DNA from: an uncultured Myxococcales bacterium
Lineage (GTDB): Bacteria > Myxococcota > UBA727 > JABDBI01
DNA: 64,000 nt
Direction: 5' to 3'
Assembly: GCA_964493205.1 (NCBI GenBank)
Contig: CAZBMJ010000008.1
Location: 1,941 to 65,940 of the forward strand
Part shown: positions 18,526 to 27,657 of the stretch, piece after piece
How positions within the stretch are numbered: the stretch's first letter is position 1
How the letters are laid out: each line of letters begins with the position of its first letter
The notes under the pieces: generated by a model
Database searches by the model: none
Told to the model about the DNA's origin: nothing
The model's input: the letters and a program-made list of their open reading frames with translations, nothing else
Position numbers and translations under genes: made by a program

Positions 18526-19878
18526 ATGAGATTTGTAAGTACTGACAATGAAGATTCAAAAAAAATGCTTCAAACAATAGGTAAAGAAAATATAGAAGAG
18601 CTATTTAGCTCAATACCTTCAAACCTATTGTCTAATAATTTGCTTAATATACCCAAAGCCAAAGATGAAAGACAGCTTAAAAAATCTCTTACTAATTTAA
18701 TAAGTCCATTAAACGTAGTTAATTTTCTAGGTGCGGGTGCTTGTGAACATTTTGTTCCAGAATGGATATCTCAACAATTATTAAGAGCTGAATGGTATAC
18801 CTCGTATACTCCTTATCAAGCAGAAGTATCTCAAGGAAATTTACAAGCAATATTTGAATTTCAAAGCATGATAAAAAGCTTGCTTGGACAAGAAATAGCA
18901 AACGCTTCCATGTATGATGGAGCAACAGCTTTAGTTGAAGCAGTATTATTAGCTCATAGAATAAATCAAAAAAATATTGTTTTAGTCCCTAGCAATATAC
19001 ATCCCCACTATGAACAAACTCTAAAAACTTACTTACAATATACAAGTATAAAAATAGTATCTATTAATTTTGATAAGCAGGGTATGGTTTGTTTTAATAG
19101 CTTTTATAAAGCATTAGAACAGTTTGATAACCAAATATGCGCTGCTTGCATCCAAACGCCAAATTTTTTTGGTTTATTTGAAGATGTCACAGCATTTGCT
19201 AAAACACTTTCAGAAAAAAATATTTTTTCCATCGCTGTAAACACAGATTGCTCAGCCCTAGCTTTAATAAAACCCTTAGGCACTTTAGGCTTTGATGTAT
19301 GTGTCTCAGATGGTATAGGACTGCTTGGTTCTTTAAGCATGGGTGGGCCTGGCGTAGGTTTATTTGCCACTAAACAACAATATTTACGACAAACACCTGG
19401 AAGATTAGTTGGGCTTACCACTGATAAAAACGGCAATTCGGGCTTTGTGCTTACCTTATCCACAAGAGAACAACACATACGGCGTGAAAAAGCCACATCA
19501 AATATTTGTACTAATCATAACCTTATGGCTTTAGCTTTGGCTATGACCTTAAGTTCTTACGGCAAATCTGGCTTTATTAACTTAGCTTTTAATAATATCC
19601 ATAAAACCATTTATTTTAGAAAAAAGCTCTTAGAATTTGGAATTAAACCAGAATTTAATAACCCCCATTACAATGAAACCGTCATAAAACTCGCCTCCAG
19701 TGAGCACGTTAAAAAATTTTTAAATAAAGCAAGGTCAAAAAATATTATTGCCGGCCTTAATCTTGGGCAATTTTATCAAAATCTAAACAGCCATTTATTA
19801 ATTGCTACTACAGAGCTTCATGAAGACGAAGAAATCACTCAGCTTGCAACGCTTTTAGGGGAAGAAATAAATGGATAA
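18526..19878 (+). CDS. gcvPA: glycine dehydrogenase (aminomethyl-transferring) subunit 1
   Basis: FLGAGACEHFVP...EWYTSYTPYQAEVSQGNLQAIFEFQSMI...ANASMYDGATA. Start set at MRFVSTDNEDSKKML, the typical GcvPA N-terminus; the ORF track extends upstream to 18466. Confidence 0.92.
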   Translation: MRFVSTDNEDSKKMLQTIGKENIEELFSSIPSNLLSNNLLNIPKAKDERQLKKSLTNLISPLNVVNFLGAGACEHFVPEWISQQLLRAEWYTSYTPYQAEVSQGNLQAIFEFQSMIKSLLGQEIANASMYDGATALVEAVLLAHRINQKNIVLVPSNIHPHYEQTLKTYLQYTSIKIVSINFDKQGMVCFNSFYKALEQFDNQICAACIQTPNFFGLFEDVTAFAKTLSEKNIFSIAVNTDCSALALIKPLGTLGFDVCVSDGIGLLGSLSMGGPGVGLFATKQQYLRQTPGRLVGLTTDKNGNSGFVLTLSTREQHIRREKATSNICTNHNLMALALAMTLSSYGKSGFINLAFNNIHKTIYFRKKLLEFGIKPEFNNPHYNETVIKLASSEHVKKFLNKARSKNIIAGLNLGQFYQNLNSHLLIATTELHEDEEITQLATLLGEEING

Positions 19879-21328
19879 AGTTAATTTTTTACATGAAGCT
19901 TTAATATTTTTAAGATCTAGCCCACAAAGCACAGCTATTGATTTTTTTACTAACGAAATAGATCACAAAGAAGTAAAAAAAACTCTACAAAATTTATTTT
20001 ATGACCGTCAAGATCTGCTCTTGCCTGAACTTAACGAACCCCAAGTAGTGAGGCATTATACTAAGCTTAGTCAAAAAAATTTTTCTATTGATACTACAAG
20101 TTACCCCCTTGGCTCTTGTACCATGAAGTATAACCCTAAAATTAATGAATGGGCTGCAAGACTACCTGGACTTTGCAGCCTTCACCCATTGATGCCTATA
20201 GAAATATTACAGCCAGCGTTAAAAATTTGTTACGAAATGCAAAACTGGCTTTCTGAAATAGGTGGTTTTATACAAACTTCACTGGCCCCAAGCGCTGGAG
20301 CTCATGGTGAATTTGCAGGGCTAGCAATGATCGCCAAAGCATTAAAAGATCGAAAAGAACATCGCACAAAAATTATGGTCCCAACGTCTGCTCATGGTAC
20401 TAATCCTGCAACTGCAGCTTTTTTTGGGTGGGAAGTTTTATCTGTTGAAATCAATAATGATGGCCGTGCTAATTTATCACAAATAGAAAGTCTTATGGAC
20501 GATAAGTGCGCAGGAATTATGATCACAAATCCTAATACTTTGGGTATATTTGAATCAGATTTAGCAAAAATATCTCATATTATTCATAACAAAGGTGGAT
20601 ATGTGTATGGTGATGGAGCTAATTTAAATGCTCTTTTGGGTATATGCAGGCCGGGCGATTGTGGCGTAGATGTTATGCATTTTAACTTACATAAAACTTT
20701 TACTACTCCCCATGGTGGTGGTGGACCTGGTTGTGGCGCTATTGGTGCATCTGAAAAATTATACAAATATTTGCCTACTCCTTTAATCAAACAAACAAAT
20801 AATTTTTACGAAGTGATAGACAGCGATAAAGATTCTATAGGTCGCATTAGAAGTTTTTTTAGTAATTTTGGTCTATTAATAAGAGCATGGACCTATTTAC
20901 AAAGCCTTGGTCCCAATGGTTTAAAACAAGTAAGTCAAAAAGCAGTTCTCAATGCTAATTATATTCGCCATTGTCTAAAAGACCATTATTACTTACCTTT
21001 TAAGAGTGATTGCTTACATGAAGTAGTCTTAAGCGATAAATGGCAACAAGAAAACGGCGTATCAGCACTAGATATTTCTAAACGGCTCATTGATTATGGC
21101 ATACATCCACCCACCATGTATTTTCCATTAATAGTCAAAGGCGCTTTAATGATTGAACCCACAGAAACTGAATCATTATTTGACTTAGATCATTTAATAA
21201 ATGCTTTTATAAGGGTGGCAAAAGAGTGCAAAAAAAGTCCTGAATTAGTTAAATCTGCTCCTCATACTACTGCCCTAAGCAGAATAGACGAAGTAAAAGC
21301 AGTAAGAGAACTTAGGCTAAGTTATTGA
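19871..21328 (+). CDS. gcvPB: glycine dehydrogenase (aminomethyl-transferring) subunit 2
   Basis: YPLGSCTMKYNPK, PLP-lysine block HFNLHKTFTTPHGGGGPG. 8-nt overlap with gcvPA. Confidence 0.95.
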   Translation: MDKVNFLHEALIFLRSSPQSTAIDFFTNEIDHKEVKKTLQNLFYDRQDLLLPELNEPQVVRHYTKLSQKNFSIDTTSYPLGSCTMKYNPKINEWAARLPGLCSLHPLMPIEILQPALKICYEMQNWLSEIGGFIQTSLAPSAGAHGEFAGLAMIAKALKDRKEHRTKIMVPTSAHGTNPATAAFFGWEVLSVEINNDGRANLSQIESLMDDKCAGIMITNPNTLGIFESDLAKISHIIHNKGGYVYGDGANLNALLGICRPGDCGVDVMHFNLHKTFTTPHGGGGPGCGAIGASEKLYKYLPTPLIKQTNNFYEVIDSDKDSIGRIRSFFSNFGLLIRAWTYLQSLGPNGLKQVSQKAVLNANYIRHCLKDHYYLPFKSDCLHEVVLSDKWQQENGVSALDISKRLIDYGIHPPTMYFPLIVKGALMIEPTETESLFDLDHLINAFIRVAKECKKSPELVKSAPHTTALSRIDEVKAVRELRLSY

Positions 21329-21382
21329 TATTTCAAATTCTACTCACTAATCTAACTCCTTAGTTTAAAAGGAGATTTTCCC

Positions 21383-21946
21383 ATGAAAAAAATTTTCATA
21401 GTCATCGCATTATTTGCAGCAACTATTTCTTGGGCCCAAGGTGTTCTAAGCCTTCGGCAATATAAGAACATTGGAGGCGAATTTATACAAAGAGTTATTA
21501 AAACCCATTCTACTGTAAATCCTAAATACATCTTGGCATATGGAAAACAAACTCAAAAACTTATAGATAATGGCAAAGCTTACGCATGTGTTGCATATAA
21601 AGATGACAAGTTTGTTGCGCAAGCAGTTCTTGTTCCTCAAATAAAAAACAAGCACTTTCGCCAAGAGTTTGTAGGTTTAGCTCCTGCGGCCATTACCAAT
21701 GAGAATAGCATTCACGAATTTACTAAACTATTGCAAAGTGAATTTATTAATGCTGAAGGACTGGCCTGTTGCTTTCCAGAGTATCAGCTTAAAGAATTTG
21801 AAACCCTTTTAGAAATGACAGGTTATAAGCCTAATCCTGAAATTGCTGAAGATCCATCTGTTATGAAAGAGTATTACGGCGATATTTTTAGTAATGCTGA
21901 TCACCTTTGGTATTCTCTTGATTTTGAAAAAATCAAAAAAAATTAG
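21383..21946 (+). CDS. hypothetical secreted protein
   Basis: AAGGAG SD. Signal peptide MKKIFIVIALFAATISWAQG. No confident family (GNAT-like fold possible). Confidence 0.5.
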   Translation: MKKIFIVIALFAATISWAQGVLSLRQYKNIGGEFIQRVIKTHSTVNPKYILAYGKQTQKLIDNGKAYACVAYKDDKFVAQAVLVPQIKNKHFRQEFVGLAPAAITNENSIHEFTKLLQSEFINAEGLACCFPEYQLKEFETLLEMTGYKPNPEIAEDPSVMKEYYGDIFSNADHLWYSLDFEKIKKN

Positions 21947-21953
21947 TAATTAT

Positions 21954-21973
21954 GGGCTCGGCTTAGCGAGCCC
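21954..21973. terminator. bidirectional hairpin between convergent genes
   Basis: GGGCTCG-gcttag-CGAGCCC, a perfect 7-bp GC-rich stem in an AT-rich spacer between convergent stops at 21946 and 21986. Confidence 0.6.
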
Positions 21974-21985
21974 AATTCTGGCTTG

Positions 21986-22243
21986 TTAACAAACTCGGCA
22001 ATTACAAACTGAACGTTCACCCCAGATTACAGTTGTCCAGTTACCGGTCCAGCTACCGTTGATATTACTGCATACAGCTGGACAAACTTGTTTGGCATGG
22101 TCATTGTTCCAGATTGGGCCAGTTATCTGATCACCTGTCCAGCACAAAGCTTCAACGTCGTCATGAACTTCAGTTGTGTTATCTGCATTAATGCCAGCCG
22201 CCAAAAACAACAAACCAGATACTAAAACGATTTTTTTAAGCAT
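21986..22243 (-). CDS. secreted single-domain MVL-like (mannan-binding lectin family) Cys-rich protein
   Basis: AGGAG 6 nt upstream of MLKKIVLVSGLLFLAAGINA (signal peptide). The core TGPIWNNDHAKQVCPAVCSNINGSWTGNWTTVIWGERSVC parallels the Microcystis MVL repeat (AGPLWSNxEAQxxGPxIAA...FTGQWxTVVxxxMSV). The ORF track extends to 22303. Confidence 0.6.
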   Translation of the reverse strand: MLKKIVLVSGLLFLAAGINADNTTEVHDDVEALCWTGDQITGPIWNNDHAKQVCPAVCSNINGSWTGNWTTVIWGERSVCNCRVC

Positions 22244-22312
22244 AGTAACTCCTAAGAACTTGATTGTTCTTGTCTGATCCTTAGTAACTAACTCATAGGG
22301 CAATGATTCAAT

Positions 22313-23176
22313 TTATTTCCTATTAACCAAGCTTTGTTCAATAGCAAGTATAGATTTTTCTTTATTAATAATGCCTTTGCTAGGTTTTCTTAAATCCATA
22401 GATTTATCAGCATTATTAGCTACTAAATTTATAATTTCACAAGCTGTAAGGGTAGGATTTTGTGTTCTTAAATAAAACATTAAGTTTGCAGTTTCTAAAG
22501 CGGCTTGTGTTGTTTTTGTGTTATTGCTCACTAATAATACTTGCTTACCATAGTTTGAAGAATTTTTTGTTGTACCTACAAAAATTATATTAGGATAAGC
22601 TTGAAAAAAATTTTGTTTTATTACTATTTCTTTATTTTCACTGCCAGCTGATAGCACCATAAGCACGTCTTTTTTTCTTGCTTTTTTTATAGCATTTTTG
22701 GTTTTTGCAAACATTCTATTTATGTTATCGGCATCTACCACAAAGCTAGTAAATAAAACTTTTGGAGCATTATTAAGTAATTCCAATAAGTAGTGTTGAT
22801 ATTGTTTAAGGCTAATTGATTGCTGGGCGATTATTTTTTTGCAAATTTTTAAGTCTTCAGCTAGTAAAAATTCTGAACTAAGCAAACATGCATATACAGG
22901 ACTTTTTTTTAAAAAAATCTGATAATAAACTTTTAAGGGCAAATTATTATCTATGGCTAATCGTGAAAGGCAGTACGGCCGCCACAAAAAATCTGAAATT
23001 GCAATTTCACGCCATTTTTTATTTACCAAAGAAAAATTTTCTAAGTCATCTGTATCACAAAATGACATTATCAAAATAAGTATTTCAGGAGGTAATCTTT
23101 CAGCTGGGTCTAAGTTTTCAATATTTCCAGAGTTTAAAAAAAAACTAAATAAAAAACAAAACAAAATGACTTTCAT
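22313..23176 (-). CDS. F-box domain protein (eukaryote-like)
   Basis: Near-consensus F-box at residues ~27-68: LPPEILILIMSFCDTDDLENFSLVNKKWREIAISDFLWRPYC. Hydrophobic N-terminus. ATGA overlap with the upstream ORF. Confidence 0.8.
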   Translation of the reverse strand: MKVILFCFLFSFFLNSGNIENLDPAERLPPEILILIMSFCDTDDLENFSLVNKKWREIAISDFLWRPYCLSRLAIDNNLPLKVYYQIFLKKSPVYACLLSSEFLLAEDLKICKKIIAQQSISLKQYQHYLLELLNNAPKVLFTSFVVDADNINRMFAKTKNAIKKARKKDVLMVLSAGSENKEIVIKQNFFQAYPNIIFVGTTKNSSNYGKQVLLVSNNTKTTQAALETANLMFYLRTQNPTLTACEIINLVANNADKSMDLRKPSKGIINKEKSILAIEQSLVNRK

Positions 23177-23772
23177 GCTGACGTCTCATTATTGTTACCT
23201 AAATTCCCTTGATCCCAATGAGGGTTTGCATATAAATTTTTAAGGGAAGAGAGATAATTTTTAATATCTTTAATTTTTTCTGCTTCGTTATTTATTTCAG
23301 TTATACAACAATTATTATTATAGCCACAGGGCATACACCATCCAACTAAAAACTGCAGTGCGTAACAAGGAATACAGCAAGAGAATACAAAACACGCTTC
23401 TTCTTCAGTTTCAGGTTCACACCATGCATCACGAGCTCGCCCCAAAAAAGAACCATCACAGCTGTAATTTAAACAATCTGGTTGATTACATTCACAAGTA
23501 TTATAATTGCTAAAATATTCTATTGCTCTAGTTTTAATATTAGCTGCAAAATTATCTACTCTGGCAATCTTGCCATGAAGATTAAAAATTAAAGCAATGT
23601 TATCCATATTAAGAGTTTCCTTTGCCAACTCTTCATCAATAGTTTTTTTTATTAATAGTAAGCTAGAAGGTAAATCAAAGGTATCTTTCTTAAAAGTTTG
23701 GTAATGATTTTCATTTTTTTTAGTGGCAAAAATGCTTAATGACATAAAAAGCCATAAAAAAATAAGTTTCAT
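23173..23772 (-). CDS. secreted cysteine-rich hypothetical protein
   Basis: Signal peptide MKLIFLWLFMSLSIFA. C-terminal half very Cys-dense (CECNQPDCLNYSCDG...CFVFSCCIPCYALQFLVGWCMPCGYNNNCC). The ORF track extends to 23814. Confidence 0.5.
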   Translation of the reverse strand: MKLIFLWLFMSLSIFATKKNENHYQTFKKDTFDLPSSLLLIKKTIDEELAKETLNMDNIALIFNLHGKIARVDNFAANIKTRAIEYFSNYNTCECNQPDCLNYSCDGSFLGRARDAWCEPETEEEACFVFSCCIPCYALQFLVGWCMPCGYNNNCCITEINNEAEKIKDIKNYLSSLKNLYANPHWDQGNLGNNNETSA

Positions 23773-23835
23773 AATTATCGTCCTGCAATAAAAGAATTTA
23801 TTACATAAAACCATTAGAAAAAACTTATCATTTCA

Positions 23836-25728
23836 TTACAAATAAACATATTTATCACGACCGCGATGTTTCGCCTCATACAAAGCTTTATCAGCTATAG
23901 CAATAATATCTGTTACAGCAGTTTTACTGGACAAATCAACATAGTCATCTGGTACAACACTAATGCCAATAGAAACTGACAAATAACCAAATTCTTGTGA
24001 GTCAGTACCTGCTATTTTTATTTGCCTTATTGATTCGCATAATTTATTGGCTACTTCTTTTGCTGAATCTAGATCTGATTGCGGCAAAATAACACAAAAC
24101 TCTTCGCCACCAAATCTGGCGACAAAATCAACTTTACGAATGGTTTCTTTGAGTGCCAGCGCAATAGCTTTTAACGCTGCATCTCCCAAAACATGGCCCA
24201 TACGATCGTTATAGGCTTTAAAATGATCCACATCTATTAATAATAATGACATTTTAGTTTTAAATCTTTGGGTTCGTGCCAATTCATACTCTATTTGACG
24301 AACCAGGGCTCGCCTATTTTGCACTAACGTTAATGAATCAATAGTAGAAAGCTCAAGAGTGGTTTCATATAGCTCTGCATTAACTATAGCTAAAGAAGCT
24401 TGCGCTCCCAAAGCTGCCATCAAAGCTGCATCTTCTGCATCAAAAGATTTGATTTTAGAATGGAAGAATAGCATAACACCAATAACATGGCCTTTGTTAA
24501 TCATAGGCACAGCCATTAAAGAACCTGTTTTGTGCTGTTCTGGATAAAAACCTGATTGTTTTGAAAAGTCCCAGTTTTTTAAATTTTCATCTTGCTCTAA
24601 ATCAGAAATGACTACTGTTGTTGCAGTCTGAGCAACCATACCTGTAACACCTTCTCCAAAATCAACAGTGGTGTTTGGCAAAAGCTCGCGTGACATTCCA
24701 AAAGAAGCAGCCAGCTTTAAAAAGGGCCTTTCTTTATTTTTAAAGTCACATAAGAATATGGCAAATTGTGGCCAATGAAGCTTTTCCTCTATTAAACAAA
24801 CCAATCTTTCCACAACCATTTCTTTTTTAAGAGTGCCGCCCAAAGAGTGTGATGCTTGCATTAATAAATCTTGTGCCTGAAATTTACGATTTAGATTTTC
24901 ATTAGTTCTTTTTAATTGTTCTAAAGCTTCTTCTAGTTTTAATCTCATGCTTTTTTGTACTTGCGCTTCCCTAAATCCATGATCTTTTTCAAGTTGATTA
25001 GCTTCTACTTGAGTAATAATGCTTAATAGTTGATTAAAACCAAAAATAACCTCTCCAACTTCATCAAATCTATCAATGCTAGCACGGTTTAAAAAATAGC
25101 CTTGCACTACTGCTCCATCGATTAAATCATCAAGTTTAGATAAGCGCGCACTCACTAAAGATTCCACAAGTCCTTTTGTCAAAAAAGCTAAAATAAAAAT
25201 CATGACAAATAAACCGATAGCTATTTGAGCAAGCAGCTTATGAGTATCTGATAACATTAGGTCTCGTTCAATAAAAACTGAAACACTACCAATAGAAGAG
25301 TTAGACTCACTTACCACATGAGTAACAATTATTTCATTATCCTCTTTAATAATACCATAATTAAGAGCAATTTCTTTACCAAGCTCACGAGAATCTGTGC
25401 TATAGCGAACAATACCCTGTTTATCCTGAATATTAACCAAAGATATATGCCTAACTCTAGCCATTCTTAATAATAATTTACGAGCATAATCATAGGGCTC
25501 TTTATCACCTAAGCGTTGATAAATACTACAAACTACTTCTGCTAAAATTTTAGCTTCTGTTAAAACTTCTTTTTCGACTCTTTTATATTCAAAAGGAGCT
25601 AAGCAAAAAATAACTACTAAACAAAGCAAAGACCCTATGCCTGCCACATGCAACGAAATTCGCCAACCAAGAGGCAAAGTTTTTTTGTGATGCATTTTTG
25701 TATCGTTACTATCAGTTGTCATAGACAC
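23836..25728 (-). CDS. membrane-anchored diguanylate cyclase (HAMP-like, GAF, GGDEF) with I-site
   Basis: Two TM segments. Active-site RFGGEEF preceded by RKVD exactly 5 residues upstream (RxxD I-site). YNDRMGHVLGD. GAF-like region before the cyclase domain. Confidence 0.88.
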   Translation of the reverse strand: MSMTTDSNDTKMHHKKTLPLGWRISLHVAGIGSLLCLVVIFCLAPFEYKRVEKEVLTEAKILAEVVCSIYQRLGDKEPYDYARKLLLRMARVRHISLVNIQDKQGIVRYSTDSRELGKEIALNYGIIKEDNEIIVTHVVSESNSSIGSVSVFIERDLMLSDTHKLLAQIAIGLFVMIFILAFLTKGLVESLVSARLSKLDDLIDGAVVQGYFLNRASIDRFDEVGEVIFGFNQLLSIITQVEANQLEKDHGFREAQVQKSMRLKLEEALEQLKRTNENLNRKFQAQDLLMQASHSLGGTLKKEMVVERLVCLIEEKLHWPQFAIFLCDFKNKERPFLKLAASFGMSRELLPNTTVDFGEGVTGMVAQTATTVVISDLEQDENLKNWDFSKQSGFYPEQHKTGSLMAVPMINKGHVIGVMLFFHSKIKSFDAEDAALMAALGAQASLAIVNAELYETTLELSTIDSLTLVQNRRALVRQIEYELARTQRFKTKMSLLLIDVDHFKAYNDRMGHVLGDAALKAIALALKETIRKVDFVARFGGEEFCVILPQSDLDSAKEVANKLCESIRQIKIAGTDSQEFGYLSVSIGISVVPDDYVDLSSKTAVTDIIAIADKALYEAKHRGRDKYVYL

Positions 25729-26948
25729 GAAAAATTCCCCAAAGAGTAGTTCCTTACTTTGTAACCTTCTTTATTCAGCATGTCTAATAGTGTTTTCAGA
25801 TGTTCTTCGTCTCTTATCTCTACTGTAAGATTAACAAGCACTTCATTCCAATAAAGCTTGGCAAAAACTCTTTCATGCTGAATATCAATAATATTAGCAA
25901 GTCCATTGCTCACTAAAATAAGTAAATTTGATAAAGAACCAGGTGTATCTGATATAGTCAAAGAAAATTTGTAAAGCCTAGAAGTTTTAATTAACTCTTG
26001 ATTACTTAATCGAGCAAGCAAGCTTAAGTCAATATTTCCTCCCGAAATAACTACTACTATGGTTTTATTTACAATATTTTCTTGTTCACTTAAAGATAAT
26101 AAACCAGCAACGCCAGCTGCACCTGCTCCTTCAGCTATTATTTTTTGTTTTTCCAATAAAAACATAATGGCTGATTGAATTTGCTCATCACTCACATGCA
26201 TCATTTCTAGAGCTAAATCAGCGCAAATAGCGTAAGTAAATTCACCAACCATTCTTACAGCAATACCTTCAGCTATGCTCTTTTTAGCATTAAGCATATA
26301 AGGAAAACCCTTTTTTAAAGCCACAGCCATTGATTCAAAATTTTTAGCTTCCACGCCAATAGTTTTTATTTTTAAGTTTTTCTGTGCAAAATAGCTTGCC
26401 ATACCAGCTATTAGGCCTCCTCCTCCAACAGGTACAAAAACTATATCTGGACGTATCCCTTGTTTGATAATCTCTAGCCCTACACTGCCTTGACCTGCAA
26501 TAATATCTAAATCATTATAGGCATGAATGTAATGAGCCTTATGTACGCTTGCAAATTCTTTAGCTGCAATAAACGATTCATCATAGTTTTCTCCACTTAA
26601 AATAACTTCAGCATTAAATCTTTTAGTTTGAAAAACTTTATTATTAGGAGTCATACGTGGCATAAAAATACTAGCTTTTATACCCATTTTTTGTGCATAA
26701 AAAGCTACCGCTTGTGCATGATTACCAGCTGAGGCCGCAATAACATGTTTGATATTTTCATTATTGTGAGATAATAAAAAACTAGCAACGCCTCGATCTT
26801 TAAAAGAGCCAGTTTTATTGAAATTTTCCAATTTTAGATATACTTTTGCATGAGTTGCATGCGATAACCAAGGGGAAAAAATACAGGGAGTCTCAACAAG
26901 TAAATCTTTTATCAGATTGTAGGATTTATCAACATCAACTTTAGCCAT
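25719..26948 (-). CDS. ilvA: threonine ammonia-lyase (threonine dehydratase) with C-terminal ACT-like domain
   Basis: PLP-lysine motif NKTGSFKDRG, SAGNHAQAVA, glycine loop PVGGGGLIAG. Start set at MAKVDVDKS; the ORF track extends to 26993. Confidence 0.88.
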   Translation of the reverse strand: MAKVDVDKSYNLIKDLLVETPCIFSPWLSHATHAKVYLKLENFNKTGSFKDRGVASFLLSHNNENIKHVIAASAGNHAQAVAFYAQKMGIKASIFMPRMTPNNKVFQTKRFNAEVILSGENYDESFIAAKEFASVHKAHYIHAYNDLDIIAGQGSVGLEIIKQGIRPDIVFVPVGGGGLIAGMASYFAQKNLKIKTIGVEAKNFESMAVALKKGFPYMLNAKKSIAEGIAVRMVGEFTYAICADLALEMMHVSDEQIQSAIMFLLEKQKIIAEGAGAAGVAGLLSLSEQENIVNKTIVVVISGGNIDLSLLARLSNQELIKTSRLYKFSLTISDTPGSLSNLLILVSNGLANIIDIQHERVFAKLYWNEVLVNLTVEIRDEEHLKTLLDMLNKEGYKVRNYSLGNFSCL

Positions 26949-26981
26949 TAAAATTGCCCCGTAAAAATAAGGAATTAAAAT

Positions 26982-27281
26982 ATGATAGTACAAATTATAA
27001 TAATTTTATTTATATTATTAATATCTATTTTAGTCCTTGCACCATTTTATAAAATTAACCAGTCAAATAATCTTAAAGATCAAACTACATATAATAAAAA
27101 ATACTTTATCTTGCCAAAATCATTTCTTTCCTCACTATTACTTATACCAATTGTTGCTTGTTGGTTATTTTTTATTGTGAGCATAAATTACTTAGTTATT
27201 GATGATATCTGGTTAATGATTTTTTGTTGCATTTTTACACCATTTTTTTATTGGTGGTTATCAAAAAACCTTGGTCCATAG
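26982..27281 (+). CDS. small 3-TM membrane protein in the nuoA position (no NuoA sequence motifs)
   Basis: 99 aa with three predicted hydrophobic helices, directly followed by NuoB-like and NuoC-like ORFs (2-nt gap). It lacks the conserved NuoA ECG / FD(V/I)E motifs. Confidence 0.4.
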   Translation: MIVQIIIILFILLISILVLAPFYKINQSNNLKDQTTYNKKYFILPKSFLSSLLLIPIVACWLFFIVSINYLVIDDIWLMIFCCIFTPFFYWWLSKNLGP

Positions 27282-27282
27282 C

Positions 27283-27657
27283 ATGAAACTTATACCTTTA
27301 AGCTTTTACCCACTGGCTACTTTTAATATTCATGGCACTTTTTGTTGTGAGCAGATGTTTAATTCATATAGTAATTATTTATTTGAAAAACAAAAACTAG
27401 TATTTAGTGCCCATTCTTTAATTGAAGCAAATACCTTTATACTTTGGGGTAGTTTTTCTGAATTATTACTTGATTTATTACAAAATCAACTTATTTTTTT
27501 TCCTAAAAAAAGAGTATTTATTCACTTACCAGGATGTGAAAATAACAATAGTATTAACAAAAAAATACATATAGATTTAGAACATACTAATTGTAGCCTA
27601 ACAGAAGTAAATATAAAAAAGTTAATTATGGATACAAGAAAATGTTTAAAGGAATAA
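27283..27657 (+). CDS. highly diverged, shortened NuoB-like protein (NADH dehydrogenase 20-kDa/hydrogenase small-subunit fold)
   Basis: By-eye alignment to NuoB: FCCEQM vs sCCyvEM; LVFSAHSLIEANTFILWGSFSE vs vlRASPRQADlmvvAGTcftK; KRVFIHLPGC vs PKWVIsMGAC; TNC vs PGCPP. All four N2-cluster Cys positions appear retained. Confidence 0.5.
   Translation: MKLIPLSFYPLATFNIHGTFCCEQMFNSYSNYLFEKQKLVFSAHSLIEANTFILWGSFSELLLDLLQNQLIFFPKKRVFIHLPGCENNNSINKKIHIDLEHTNCSLTEVNIKKLIMDTRKCLKE

Noticed and set aside
22313-22800. Degenerate subtilisin (S8) C-terminal region in the F-box protein
   Set aside because: A short stretch (TTQAALETANLMFYLRTQNPTLTACEIINLVANNADK) recalls the region after the S8 catalytic Ser. 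No Asp/His/Ser triad context is present, so the evidence is insufficient.
23173-23772. PLAC8 (eukaryotic Cys-rich) domain assignment for the Cys-dense protein
   Set aside because: Only a loose CC/CxxC resemblance; I cannot align the defining PLAC8 motifs.
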